A stretch of 61,235 nucleotides of DNA, filler included, from Sphacelaria rigidula (taxonomy: Eukaryota), in the NCBI GenBank assembly GCA_964200075.2. It is 9 parts of 9 records of this genome, joined end to end, with 100 filler letters (N's around TTAATTAATTAA, not from the genome) between each part and the next. Parts side by side here need not be neighbours in the genome. Positions count along the whole stretch, not along the records: positions 1 to 6,716 come from CAXNAA020018453.1; positions 6,817 to 13,531 come from CAXNAA020018454.1; 7 more parts are not named here. One strand, given 5' to 3'. Below are positions 1-13,113 of the stretch, piece after piece. The notes below the pieces were generated by a model. That model searched no databases. It worked only from the letters and a program-made list of their open reading frames with translations, and had not been told where the DNA came from. How positions within the stretch are numbered: position 1 is the first letter of the stretch; each line of letters starts with the position of its first letter. Position numbers and translations under genes: made by a program.

Positions 1-111
1 GTCGTGGGCAGTGGCCAACCAGCTCGGGGCGCCGCGGGGGGGGCCCCCCCCCCCCCCCCCCCCGATATCATGTTGTTCTTTGCACGCACGCTACGCCACA
101 ACCGCTCACAG

Positions 112-353
112 CTGTTCGACATGTGCTTTGTGGCGTCCGAGTATTTCTGTAGAAGCTTCTGGTACGCGGAATACTTCGGGATAATCTATTTGGTGTTCAA
201 TCTTATTTGGTACTACGAGGGCTTTCCGGGAGAGCGGGTGGTGTACCCGATATTGGACTGGAAACACAACACCGACACGGCTGCCCTCTACGTTTTTCTC
301 ATCCTCTTCGTAATGATACCGGTTTTCGCTACGGGCTTCCTCCTCGTCTACCG
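112..353 (+). CDS. Internal exon of a multi-pass membrane protein, rolling stone / FAR-17a-AIG1-like (5' part of gene outside the contig)
   Basis: Acceptor ctcacAG at 110-111 and donor CG|GTAAGA at 354. Translates LFDMCFVASEYFCRSFWYAEYFGIIYLVFNLIWYYEGFPGERVVYPILDWKHNTDTAALYVFLILFVMIPVFATGFLLVYR: two hydrophobic helices flanking a YPILDW motif recalled from rolling-stone-type proteins. Confidence 0.7.
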
Positions 354-978
354 GTAAGATCGTCGCCGGGAAACAACTTCGCGCGACTCCCGCGAGGCAG
401 TATCATGGCAGCCCAACACCGATTTACATGCATTTCGAAGAACAACTGACAATCAGCTCGCTATTGAAGTGCGACTGGTTGCCGCCGCGCCCAGACCATA
501 AAACTGGCATGCCATCGGTGGTCAGTCTGGATGCAAGCAGTAGCGCTTTGAATCCCAAGAGTAACGGTCTGTTTTGCTGGTTTCGCCCAGAGGAGCGTGA
601 GAACGTGAGACGACTAAACAATCCGGTACGAGTCGACGAGCCGCGGGAGTGCTGATATGCTGTTGCTCGAGAATGTATCCCAAGGGCAGGTACCGGGGGC
701 TAGAGGGGTTGATTACTTGAGACTATATGCTCGTCCCAAGGAACGGGAGGGAATAAGAGCACACGCTGCAAGCTGGAGTAGAATTAGAATGTAAGCCAAA
801 TTGCAACATGATTCATTCTGTTTCCACACTCCTCATAGAGATACACCCAGTTGGGCCATGGAACGCTTGCATCTTTTCTGTACATGACTCAACCTGGATG
901 CATTCCCCTTTGCGGTGCGCTCCCACATGTGTGCGCGCGCGTGTGTGTATGGCTGCAAATCCGTCGGCGACTGAACAG

Positions 979-1135
979 AGCGCGTGAGTGGGTGTACGAC
1001 ACTTGCTTCGATAGAACCGAGAAGCCTCGCAAGCCGCGCAAGCCGTCTAGATGGATAAAGAGGAGGCCCCCTCAAGGCCAGCGTCAACAACAACTGGCGA
1101 CCGACGTAAGTCATATTATGACGGTGGAGGCCTGA
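979..1135 (+). CDS. Terminal exon of the same membrane protein
   Basis: Acceptor ctgaacAG at 977-978. The phase-2 join completes Arg (CG+A) and continues AREWVYDTCFDRTEKPRKPRKPSRW...TVEA to TGA at 1133-1135. Confidence 0.6.
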
Positions 1136-1384
1136 GCTTCGGCGAAATAACGTCTATAGCTAAATTTCAAGAGAAAACGGAGTGTATGCTGCATATGCTG
1201 ATGTTTTGGCGCGTCTCGGTTCCTGTCGAAATATATGTTCAGGGAATGTGTACGTGCATTACGTGCCTTTTTTGTTGCTGCTCCAGATGCTTCTCGAAAA
1301 CTGGACGTACTGTAGATCTATCTGTACGTGGGGTGGTGGATGTTTTTCTCTCACGATATTGTGAGGCAGTTTTCGTGCGCAGGC

Positions 1385-1394
1385 GTGTGTGTGT

Positions 1395-1448
<54 letters not shown>

Positions 1449-1460
1449 ATATGTGTGTGT
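1385..1460. repeat. (GT)n microsatellite
   Basis: Near-perfect GT dinucleotide run; explains the VCVC/THTH ORFs. Confidence 0.97.
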
Positions 1461-2992
1461 ACGTTGTTTACGCCCGCAATGAAGCTGCACTCTGCGTAGC
1501 AATCGTCCGTCTGCTTCGTCGTGCGTGCTGGGCAAACACTGTAACTAGAGGACAAGGCGCAGCAACCCCTCGTGGAGTTCCGTTGGAATTGTGCAGTCAA
1601 AGTCTGAATAGCTTCCGTCCTGTGCAAATGTGCCCTGTTCCCGCCCTCCGGGAAACTGTGCAAAAAACGTGTTGCCGTAGGTCATCCTGTATTCATGTCT
1701 CGTTCGTTTTCTGTATACGGGGCGAGTACTGCGCGTGAAAATACACGGTAGCAACCCCTCGTGTAAGGTCGTTGGTTGTGTATAGTTAAAGTCTGAGTTG
1801 ATTCCACCGTGCGCCAGGCATTGTTTCACGTTTTGGCACTAGGGGGCGCATTATTGACCACTACAGTACTACGTTTCCCACTCGAAGAGAGTTCGATAGT
1901 AAAACGTTTACAAGCTGATTGTGCCCTTTTATATTTACGCAGATAAAGCCGCTAAGGTGTCATTCGTCTCACGCAAGGAGAATTCGAGGATCTAGCGCTT
2001 GCAAGTTTGATTTTGATCTGGGCTGTTTGAAGAAACTATTCGAACGGGAGGTGAAAATCGTTGTCTTCCCCTCTCTCCTCTATATATACCGCACTAATGC
2101 GTCGTGTTTTTGTGAGAACTGGGAATTGTAGAACTCGCTGGTCGTTTTGATATTTATCTGGTGACGCTTCGTGCTCCCAGTACAGTATCTCTTTGCGTAT
2201 GGCTTGCAAAGCAGCGCATATTACTCGCTAGTCGAAGAAGACCGTTGGCGTTGGGTGGATTTGGAAATATATCAATTACTGGGTGTTGGTGGTTCATGCA
2301 CGCGTATTGGACTGTCGTTTGGGGGGGGCGGGATTCAAGCCCCTTGCGTACTTTTTTTCACCTGAACGCATGTCCTTTCGAGGCACGACATGGGGACACC
2401 GTGGTTTGTGTCGATAGTGATACCCCGTCTGCTTGAGCGTTTGAGCATTCTCTCGACGGAAGTGTGTGTGTCATGAAGCATATCTTGTGCCTTTTTTGTT
2501 TTTGTTTTCGTGCACTATCATGGCGAGGCTCTTATTCTGTTTACATCACGTGTTGGTTTCCGAAGCGGGGGCAGGATTGAGAGAAAGCCGTTGTTGGTGT
2601 TATTGATCAGCAGATGAGTTGACCGGGAGTATGGACTTTGATTGCTGAATGGCGTCGTTCACGTACAATGGTTAGTTAGAAGTTGAAGAAGCACAGAAAC
2701 GCCGGGGAGCATTGAAAAGCAATGCCCCCAAACCGTCGACGTTGTAGTGCGGCCAAAGTAGGTGCTTAATCGCGTTACGATTCGAGTTGTTTCGAGAGAA
2801 GAGCCAAGGGGCTGGCGGTGGCGGGTTGGACAATGAATTGACATTTTTTTCGTTAATTTATACGTTGCTGGTTTTGACATGAACACTTATGAACGGAATC
2901 TACCGATAAGCACCATCGCCGTTCGTAGCACACGCTGGAATGCTGCATTGGTTGAGGAGTGGGTGAAGGGGTATACACCATGCTTGAAGAAC

Positions 2993-3076
2993 GAACATAT
3001 CGCACATAACACGGAACATGCCATGAGAAACATCGAACATGTCGCACGAAACACTGAACATCATGCACAGAACAAC
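2993..3076. repeat. 21-bp minisatellite, 4 diverged units each starting GAACAT
   Basis: gaacatatcgcacataacacg / gaacatgccatgagaaacatc / gaacatgtcgcacgaaacact / gaacatcatgcacagaacaac. Confidence 0.75.
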
Positions 3077-3707
3077 ACTTTTGTACCATACCCCCACGAC
3101 TCCATCATTCACACCAGCGCCCACGAAAAACACACGTTTTCCGACCACTTCCCCCACTTCAGTAATTACCGCGTAACATGAAAAACAACGTTTTGCTTGA
3201 ACTCCGTGCCCCATTCAACCACTTCTCCTCTATTGTTCATGTCACATTTGTCTTCAATATCCTCGGTACCTCACACTTTGGTACACAAAAAACTCGCACA
3301 TCGATGCCCCAAAAGTACATTTTCAACAGGTTAACCAAGCATGCTTCAAGGTTAGACACAAGCAAACATGAGGCCATATTTCGCCCTCCAGCGCTTCACC
3401 CAACACCCTGAAATTCACGGACCACTTACACGAAGAACTCTTCACTCGCCAGTCCATTGTTCTCCCTTTTACAATTCGCCCACTTTCTCGTATGCAAGTA
3501 GAACGGGTGGAAAATCCGAGCCTTTTCTTCTGTCTGCGCGACAAGGTATCGGGAGGACAAGCTTTTGTTCCCCACATGACGAGCGAAGACACTAGAATAT
3601 TTCCGTGTACGCATGTCCCTCATGCGACGAGGAGGAAAGTCCTGAAAATACGGACATCTGGAGAGGTGAACTATCAAGGCTGTAGAAACCAATATAAATC
3701 GTCGGCG

Positions 3708-3841
3708 CTACACGCAATCGTCCACTGATGTTGATCCCTCAGCAGTGGTGTTGGTTGACTCTGGACATTGCTCGCACAGGCTCATAGAGGTGGTGGAGGC
3801 GTAGTATCCGAGCGGGCAGCTTATGCACTCCGCCGAAGCGC
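3708..3841 (-). CDS. Terminal exon of a GCC2/GCC3 (ephrin-receptor-like) Cys-rich repeat protein
   Basis: Acceptor ccctgcAG; phase 1. GASAECISCPLGYYASTTSMSLCEQCPESTNTTAEGSTSVDDCV then TAG. Matches the CxxCPxGxY...CxxCP...TxxxGSTSxxDC pattern. Confidence 0.85.
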
Positions 3842-4507
3842 CTGCAGGGTGAAAGGTCGAGAGGCGGCGATGACGGGGAGCGAAGTAAAACGACGTGAGG
3901 TCAGAAAATGACGGCATTCACTTTTCCAACTTGTTTCTCTGATGTAGAATGTGGCGCAGCTTCACCTTCTCGCTACGATTGCAAATGTTGGTCTCACGAA
4001 TTCGCGCTAGATTTTCGTTTCTCCGCATTGCAGGACGTTTGGAGCGAACAGCGTCTTCACGGGCGGCTATGTTGTTGACGCGAATGCTTGCCAGGTCACT
4101 GATTGTTGGAGGGGGGAAGGAGGGGAGGAAACCGATTGTAGATATCAAACGAAAAAACACCGTATTTACGGTTACCCTGTAGGCACCGATTTCCTTCCCC
4201 CGCACGTTTAATTCGTACTAAAAAAGAAAGCGACGAGTTTGCGGGCAGCGAGTGCGAATGCCTTCGCTTGCACGACGACTGTGCGGATTCATCGTGGTCG
4301 TCCGATTTACGGTTAGCGCTGTAGCACGTACTCGCCCGTCACGTCCTCCTCTTTCCAGAAATCATCCTTCTGTAGGTTGAATCAGGGAGAAACCGGTGTT
4401 CCGAACACAGAGCACCTGCGTAAAACGGCCACATTCGTGAGCTCTCAAGACCCGATAAAACGATGGATGCAAGCGAGAAACAACACGCGGCTTTGCAAAA
4501 CACACAC

Positions 4508-4618
4508 CTTCTGAGTAGGTCCCCGCGGGGCACGGACTGCACGGATGTTCCCCACCGTTTGAGTAGGCCCCACTAGGACACTCGCGGCATTCCGAAGACC
4601 CGAAATTCGACGTGTAGC
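4508..4618 (-). CDS. Internal exon of the GCC2/GCC3 repeat protein
   Basis: gttaAG acceptor and G|GTGTGT donor; phase 1-1, 111 nt. GYTSNFGSSECRECPSGAYSNGGEHPCSPCPAGTYSE. Not in the ORF track. Confidence 0.85.
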
Positions 4619-5038
4619 CTTAACATCAGGCGTGACATTGCGAAAACGTTCCGGCAGCAGGAGAGTACGACAACCGGGCGGCGACAGCAAACGCGAAGAT
4701 GGAGGAGGAATCCGTCACAGGATGAAGTAAGATTCGCTAGATGTCATGTGCTCCAAAAAACCCGACATCGTGAACTGGAATGGGTGGAGTGGTGTGTCCA
4801 GACGAGTGTCGCCGGAATATCTACACACCTCTCCGAACACCATGGATGGATGGATGGATTGATTGGTTGATTGATTATCTCACATTTGTCAACGCATCAA
4901 CGGCTGGTATCACTAACACCTACTTGTATCCCTACGTGTTTTGCGCTGCAAACGCAGTGCTTTGCGTGTTGATGACCACGCCCCCTTCCCCCTTACTCTC
5001 CCCGCCGCCTTCATCCCCTCGTGCCCGAAAAAACGCAC

Positions 5039-5408
5039 CCGGAGCGCAAAGCTCGCATGCCTCGGTACCATTAGTACTTGCAAACGTCCCGGGTTCACAG
5101 GGACGACAAACGGTGGTGGCACTTCCTCCTGCCGAAAACGTCCCAGCAGAACACTCCTCGACCACTCCCCCCCCGGGACAGGCGTTGCCGGCCGGACACT
5201 CGATGCAAGCACCCCCGTATATTCCCGATACGCTGGAAGTTGACCCTTCGTCTTCTTGCACCACTGTGGTTACAGACGTCATCGTTGTCCCGTAGCCGCA
5301 GGGGACTGCTAAGCCGTTGGAGCAAAGCCATCCTACGGGACACGAATAGCACTCTGTGTAGCCACCCATTGAGTACATCCCTTCCAGGCAGGCTGTCAGG
5401 ACACCACC
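5039..5408 (-). CDS. Internal exon of the GCC2/GCC3 repeat protein
   Basis: aaaccAG acceptor and G|GTGCGT donor. GGVLTACLEGMYSMGGYTECYSCPVGWLC...CIECPAGNACPGGGVVEECSAGTFSAGGSATTVCRPCEPGTFASTNGTEACELCAP. Confidence 0.85.
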
Positions 5409-6113
5409 CTGGTTTGTGTTCAATCAACGTTGGGAGGTTGAACACGGCTATGTTAGGGTAGTTGTGATCGTCGCCGTTGAACAAGGGGTAGGGCCACGCC
5501 GGATGAGGCGAAGGGGCGGGAGGGACGATGGAATGCGATTGGTCCTCGAGCAGAGTTGTGGTGATCCAAGGGCGAAAACACATTTATGACCATCAGTTTT
5601 TTGCTTTTTTCGAAGATCTCGTATCTGACTTCACTTGCCCTCACGGAAAGATGCTGAAACCCGGGTTCTTTCAACAACTCGTAGTACTCCATATCCCACA
5701 ATGGAGGGGGAGTCCCCGTAGAGGAGACTCCCGTTTTCTACAAGATTGCGGCAGAAACGGGCGATGGAAGAGATGTGCGCCAGCTTCGTTCTTCACCACG
5801 ATTGCTGAAAAGCTGTCACCGTGTCCGGTGTAGCATCAGATAGTTACTTATCCAGACTGCCGTCGAGATGCATTTAGACCAAGCTATTCGCGATCAGCAT
5901 AAATCCAGGGCTACGTTCAGGTCCAAGTTGACGCAAAACTCATGGATCGCACAGTTTTCTCGTTTTGTGATGCGTCTGCAGTGACCTCATGGCCGCGAGA
6001 CAATGGTGCCCTGTGCTTGACAGTTGACGGGTAGTTCACGAAAAGACATTGAAACAATTATGCCGACTTGTCCAATCGACCACCATTGCACCGAAGGGTG
6101 AAAGTTGAGTTAC

Positions 6114-6197
6114 CTGAGGACACTTGAAGCCCGCCGGACAGTAGGTGCAGGACCCCTCGAAAAATGTGCAATCCGGCTGCGGCGTGCAGAGACGAGC
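6114..6197 (-). CDS. Upstream exon of the GCC2/GCC3 repeat protein
   Basis: Pyrimidine tract plus ttccgcAG acceptor and CAG|GTAACT donor; 84 nt, phase 0. ARLCTPQPDCTFFEGSCTYCPAGFKCPQ joins in frame to the 5408 exon. Confidence 0.75.
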
Positions 6198-6716
6198 CTG
6201 CGGAATAGTGCAGAACGAAGGAGAAGGCTGCGTGAGAGGAAAAGGAACTGCGATACGCGAATGCTGTTCGTCATGGGGTCGCTTGCAGTCCTCAATCTAT
6301 TGTCACCGTGTAGAGATTGATCGGTTGCTTTGTTGTCGCACGTGAATTTTAACTGATCTGCTACGCGTCAAGCGGGGGTCAAAGGCGGACGTACGTACCC
6401 ACGGCGGGCACGCCGAGATACTGGCCAGAACACAAACGAGAAAAAGCGCAAAATGAAGGAAGGGGAGAGAAAATAGGCGGAAAAAAACGGCGAGTGGTTC
6501 TACGGCAGGGGTGCACTTTCTTGTCGAAAGATTATCTGAGACTGCACGCTGAAGCCCTACTATTTGTCCTCAAGAGGCTCCTAAAGTGTTGAGCCTCAGA
6601 AAAACGATTGTGCACACCTACCGCAAAACTAGTCTGGCATGGATGCCGGGCTGAGAACTAGTAACAGTGTTTTCGTGAGATTGAGAGTAGATGATACGAT
6701 TGAGAGTGGCTTTGGT

Positions 6717-6816
6717 NNNNNNNNNNNNNNNNNNNNNNNNNNNNNNNNNNNNNNNNNNNNTTAATTAATTAANNNNNNNNNNNNNNNNNNNNNNNNNNNN
6801 NNNNNNNNNNNNNNNN
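6717..6816. other. Artificial 100-bp contig linker (N44-TTAATTAATTAA-N44)
   Basis: Six-frame stop linker; recurs every 6815 bp. Confidence 0.98.
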
Positions 6817-7689
6817 ACCTACGAATAAAAAAGAAATTTACGTGTTTTTGTTGAAAAAATCGGGCCCAAAAAAGGGGCTCGTAGGGGGTTGGGGTTGGTC
6901 ATTTCCAATCCAGAGACCCCCCTGTGTGATTTGAGAATCAAAATAAATAACATTCAACAACAGGATGCGACGCGCAAACACTGCTCCGATACGTTCGAAG
7001 TATTCGTTGTACCAGTAACGCACGGCAGTGCAAGGGAAGCTCGCAGTAGTTTTGTCTTGGACGGCCATTCAAATCTTACGCACGCTACAGCAGGCCAACA
7101 AGAGCGAGTTTCTGAGCTATAACGGTCAAAAGTGCGCCACAACTTCCGTGTACACTTCCCCGTATTCCTGAGATTAGCTCTTGATGTAATTCCCCGCTAC
7201 CGTTGAACACATCATGTAACTTTACATGCTGTCTTTGCTGTTGTAAATACACGGTAGGTCTGCAAGTCTCCATACTTACACTTGCGGTGCATATCTTCGC
7301 CCCGTGTGCACCAGCTGATCCTCTTCGGTTTCCAAATCGATTCACAAAGAGTTCAACGTGCGTGTGACCTGATCAAACAATGCAGTTTCTGCTCCACTAT
7401 TGTAGTACCGAATATCCAACAATGCGGGGCCTCAGTCAGGCACCGGGTCAAGGGGGCAGGACTTATTCGCACGGAGTAATTCGAACGGAGTTTCTTTCCG
7501 TTCCATTCCTTTCACACATATTGTGAAATAATGGGGGTGCATGGAAGGAACTCGGGGACCGGACCAGCGACAGCAATGGTACAACATCGCTGTGACTTGC
7601 CGGTCACCGCAGACTTACTCTTGTCAGTATGTGTCTTTCTATCCCCGAGGGAGATTTCACGAACGTGCAGAGATATTGCGAGTTTTCCC

Positions 7690-10200
7690 GGGGGCATGAA
7701 ATAGACCTCTTGACGACATCGTCACACGGCAAACCCACCCGTCGGATTAGTAGACATGTCACTGTCCACCTTCGATCGCCTAACCCGTCGGATATAGACC
7801 ACACCATGGAGCACGCCACAGAACGACTCGTTGGCAGATTTTCACGCGGCAGGCGACGATGAGCCCACAGCGGGAGCACAGCCATACAAAGCCAAGCAAT
7901 AAAGCCTGGCATCAGTAGCTCATCATCGATAAGCTCAAGCAGGGCAAATCCAGTGATACCGTGGGTGAATTGGCCGTCAACCTTGTCGGCACACTCCTGA
8001 CATCCGTCGAGACAGTGATGCCGTCGGCGACCCGACAGCCCCGTGTTCAAGTTGGTTTGAGATTGCTGCGATCCGAGTCGAGTTCGGATAGGTCTGGAAT
8101 GAGCGGAAAGGGAAACGGTCGGCGATGCGCGTAGGGCCGAGAGATAACCCCGCGTGGTGCACCTTGCGACACGTGTGCAGAAGGGTCAAGGGCATGCTCA
8201 TAGCTGGATTGGACAAGTGTTTGAACGCGTATGCGGGGAGATTGGAGGAGTGCGTGAGGAAAGGCGACATGAAAGGCCAGTATGGTCATCTGAAATGAGG
8301 ATGGAAGTAATGGAAAACAGAGATAGAAAACAAGCAGCACGTTCAGGATATACGGCGGTGCTACTACGGCACAGGAACGAAATCCATCATAGATTCGGAC
8401 GGCACTTCTCTGCTTTGCTGAATATGACATCAGCAACCAACCGCCATCCAGATCATCACACCATTGCCGTATGCTACGTCGCTTGGAGATCCATCAATTC
8501 TGGATGAGCTCGAAGGAACACGGAGAGTCATCTACGGCTACCTGCAAAGTGACGCTACCTTATGGATTACCCGCTAAACTCCGTAAGCCTGGACTAGTCA
8601 GGGATCCTTCGGATACCCTATACCACTTCCACAGAATCATCGTTATTGTTTGGACGTCTGGTGAGGCGTCGCAGGAGTCTAAGGATGCCACTATCAAAAC
8701 ATTACACAGGGGGGAGGATAGGACCGAGCGTGGTGACTATAGGTGTCTCTCGCGGTGCATGGTGGTAAAATTACCCTCAAAATCGTTGCCAACAGGTTTG
8801 TAAGTTCCTGTGAAGGGACAGAGGTTCTCTCGACATGACAGCCCAACTTCCGGCGTCAGCGATCGACCATCGATACATGTAGGGGTACGACTCCATGGAT
8901 CCACTCTTGGTGGGAAAGACTTGCCCGTTTCGGAGTCTCGCTGCGGACGATCAAGGTCATTTGTGTGTTCCGCGACGCTTTACGAGCTCGGATACAGCTG
9001 GACGATGGCAAACTATCAGAGGGGCTGCACTGCTGCCAGGGACACACGCAAAGATGCGTTTCGTCCTGGCTTCCCTTCAACATCTTCGGTGCAGTAGTGC
9101 TTGGCGTGATCCTACAGCATTTTGCGGCAGGCGCCGCCGCATTGTTCCAGACGTGGTATATCTAGATGATTCACCGCAAAATATGGGTTGAAGTCCCACA
9201 CAAGAGTCGCCTCCGAAGAGGGTGTAATGCGCGGTGTGGGGAATGCTGTACGAGGTCTTCAGATGGTCTTGCTAGGATGATGGTCGTGGTATTGGTGGCA
9301 TTTCAGGAACTCGGGCTGACGGTATCGAAGAAGAAGACAGAGGGCAGGCCTTCGTGGTCAGTACCCAAGTCCCCCCAAGGCTGCATTGCACACCAGAGCG
9401 GCAGGCAAACGGTAGAAGCAGACGGCCGAGTTTGTTCATCTTGGTCGTGCTGCCAGCAAAGGAGCGAGTACTTCCATCACAAGCAAGCGCCGCGTCAGTG
9501 CTGGGTCAGCATGCCTCCGAAAGTGTAGCTCACACTCTGCGATGAACCCAATCCTCAGCTATGGCTAAAACTCCGGCTGATCAAGGAGAAGGTGATGGAG
9601 CCTACGATGAACGGGTGTGCTACATGCATAGACGCTGAGGCCAGAGAGCTTCGAGATCCGCTGTACTGATCGCTGCAAGATTCTGATGCAAGCATTTGAC
9701 TTTCGTCGCACACCCTGGACAATGTTATCTATTGTCCAGGGCGTGTTTCGTCGAAATGTACAAGATTCTTTTGTGCAGAGGTTTGGTTCAGAGTACCACA
9801 TGTAAATTGATCGAGACGACATCTGCAAGCGCCAAATTTGGTTCGCAAGAGCTCTTCTCCGCTAGGACGAAATAAGCCTCGCGAAGCGCACCATGTTCGG
9901 GTGGTCGGCCACACAAGGGCCCAACAAGGCTGGTCGATCTTCGAAACTCTGGGGCGACCGCCTCAGGAGGACCAACGTGCCCTAGGAGCTCTCCGACGTA
10001 AGGGAGAACGAAGAAAGTGGTTCCTCTAAGGCACTGAGCTTGAAGCATTCTGAGGATCGGGCTACCACCTATAGAAACGTAGACGAATTGTACGTGAGGG
10101 TCAAGAATTGGTCGAGGAATTCGAGAAGATGTCATGATAAAAAGATCTACACCTATCCGATCTACATCACAGACCAGAAGCCGTTCCGTTGAGGGCCGCG
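7690..10200 (+). mobile_element. Heavily degenerate RTE-clade LINE (endonuclease end, RT and C-terminal remnants)
   Basis: Frameshifted motifs: SDIDHTMEHATERLVGRF (endonuclease SDH motif), WTSGEASQESKDATIKTLHRGEDRTERGDYR (WKDATIKVLHKKKDRTECGNYR), and AVWGMLY...GLARMMVVVLVAFQELGLTVSKKKTE. A pyrimidine-rich tail-like region follows to ~10800. Confidence 0.85.
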
Positions 10201-12379
10201 ACAGGGGGGCCGTTACCGCTGGCACAATGGCAGCAGCAGCAGCAGTTCGCGAGGAATCCAAGAGGAAAATGATTGACAGCCCACCCTGTACCTGGCTAGG
10301 GATATGGGGTGATGGGGTGCCACAGAAACGGGCACCTCCATCTTATCCTATCGGTGGTTGCCTTCTTTTTTAAGCGTGTATCCTCAGCAATGATTCCTAG
10401 CTATGCTTGCTGTTCATGTTGGTCTTCTTTCCTGGATTCCTTTTCCTTCTTCTCTTTCTCCCCTTCCATACTTTCCGCTCCTTCTTTTTTTCCCTTTTGT
10501 TTTTTTTCTTCGCTAAGCTGCATCCGTGTTTGTGCTTCACCCCACAGAGCTGACGGGTGAGAATTCGTTCCCGTATTGCGCGGCTCCCTCCTTACCGAAT
10601 CTCAACCTGCTTCCACGACGATGCGATTGTACGACCGACTCACCAGAGGTCCTGGCAGCGGCCTGTCGGAGTGTGTTCTAGCGACTATTAGGATATGTTA
10701 GCCTGACCCTGTCCTTGTCTTGTTCTGATCCCTTCTCTTCGTTGTTCGATTTCCTCTGCCCGCCTTCTTCCTTACTCTACATTTCCCCCCCCCTGTCGAC
10801 TTTCCTTTTGTAAGACCAAGTGCCGACCTCCATTCACCATGCGTACGCCGTGCGACAACAAAAAACAACTACCTCGTGACGGCGGTTGGATTTGTATCAC
10901 ATCAGTGAATGAATGTGCGACGATCAACCAATAGATCGATCAATGACTCTCGTTCGGATACAAACACGAATAACCGCAGGACCTCCACCATTGCTCGGGG
11001 GAATACCGTAGACATGCGGGGGCGTTTCAGGAACGTGGCGTATGTTCAGGCAGTTTTTAGAGCTGATATGAGACGCAGAACGACCTGTGCGTTGCAGTAC
11101 ATAGTAGGTGATATAATAGCCTCGTTTGTGAGTATCACTCTGTCCATTTTCTAACCGAAAACTTCCAGGCAACTGAGGGATCCTTCAGCCAATACACTCA
11201 GCACTCGAGCTCGTGGCGATGGAAAGTTATTATAACGTCAAGATCTGTCCGCAAGAAGCAGGTTCTTTTTAGCTTAGTCCATCCGGTTCATGCCCCACTC
11301 CCCCCTGGTTGATCTTCCTTCGAGTCGCGCTGTGTTGTTCCTCCTCTGTGCGGTCTCTTCTCTCAGCAGTCATAGTATGGTGGTAACATCAGCAGTCACG
11401 GTGCAGGGTTCTCCTGGCGATGTATCAGATAATTGGCAATTATTTTCATCACACCACAACCCACGACCTCGCCGGGGAAACTACGCACCGTTTTTTGCCA
11501 TACTTCCTAAATCAGGATCAAAGTCCAAAGGAAAATCGACGGTGCTTTGATTGGCCTGCTGCGCCAAAAAGCGGCTAAACCGCTTTTGACTTTCCCTGCC
11601 CTAGGAAGATCCCAGCACCCGCCCCGAATCGAAAAGATGAACGCATTTTATCGAAAGGCGGCGAAAAAGGATTGAAAAGGAGAGATAGAGAGGAGACTGG
11701 CCAGCTGTTGATATCTGGGTAGGTATCTATCGTAGGACCCTACGCCTTTATTATGGATCGAGGTCAGTTTGTTAGATTTTGAGTGTTACTTCGACGTATG
11801 CCCGCTCCTGGGTGAAACTGACCCACCACATCGAAGTCGAAAATCGAATGCCCACAGTCGTCAGTGCGGGTCACGAGATTTCGAGATGCAGAGGCGCATC
11901 CTGAGGACTGACACGTGTTACAACTTGGGCGTACAGTATCTCGTTGAGACCACCTATTACCACAGAAGGCACACACATCCACCTTCACCATGAACTCCAC
12001 CAGAATGACGGGTACCTTGATCGTGTGCGTTTCAGTTTTGTATTGGGGACGAGCATCAACGATGTGTGCAAAGAGACATTTGGTGCTCCTGCCCAAAGGT
12101 GCGCAGTATTGGGCGCCGGCTAAGCTGTGCAGTCTTGCGACAACAGTACTGTGTTATCATCCACAATATTGCACATATATACCAGGGGTTTCATCCAAGG
12201 AAAATGTGCTGCCTGAGCTGTGAGCACGACCTGGGCTCTGCGGCAACCCCAGGTATGTCTGTATGGCCAAGTGTTGAAGACAGTGATGGTATTGTACCCC
12301 GGGTATTCGGACGTTCCCCTCATTGGGGATTTGTGGCGCGTTTCAGACGCCTGCAACTATGACACGGCATTTTACAATT

Positions 12380-12750
12380 TGAAGATAAATTTTGAATCGA
12401 GGATGAACCCCGGGAACCTCAAAATATTCTCGAAACTAGATGCAAATGCATTATCCGGCCTTGATATGTGTCCTCGCTCGTCCTTGAAAAAGGAGCCATG
12501 CGCAACGTGTAAGAATCCCGTGTTCACAGGGAAGTCTGATAAATAAAAACAGCTTGTGTGGGGGAATGAACGGAGATCGGAATCGTTCGGTATAAACTCG
12601 GGATGTTACAAATTGCGAATGGACTATTTTGAGGATGAGCGAAGCCTCACCACCCGGTCGGGGAATGCATTTCCATCCTTGATTTGAAAAATATGTCGGT
12701 GCTTATGAAGGTTCCCAAGGTCTATCCTCAATAAAAAATGTATCCTCAAT
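12380..12750. mobile_element. Degenerate foldback/MITE with long imperfect inverted arms
   Basis: Left gaggatgaaccccgggaacctc...gatgcaaatgcatt...tcgctcgtcctt...gtaagaatcccg mirrors right cgggatgttac...gaggatgagcga...aatgcatttccatc...gaaggttcccaaggtctatcctc. Confidence 0.55.
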
Positions 12751-13113
12751 ATGTATAATTACGTGCTAACTTTGGGGGGGGGGAATCAGCTAACAACGAA
12801 AGGGTCACGAAGCGCATAGTGCCCACGCCACAGAGCAGTATTCCAGACCACGATTCGGAGTTATCATTTGGAGGCATGAAATTACACGCCTTTTTCGTCG
12901 TTGGTGGTCATAATTCACCCTCTCAGTCGAGGTACAGTCTGTGAAGTGACGTAACCACGTCACCGAAGGTTGGTGTTAGCGAGATCATACCCAAGTGTCG
13001 CTCGAGTTACTTGCCAATAATGTGGGTAGGGTATTGAGATCATAACTCGACCGATTTTGGGTAGAGCAAGAAAATTATACCCAGGTCCACCCAAAATCTA
13101 GGTCGAGTATAGA

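Noticed and set aside
1051..1738. Long ORFs with VCVC/THTH runs
   Set aside because: They are translations of the GT microsatellite.
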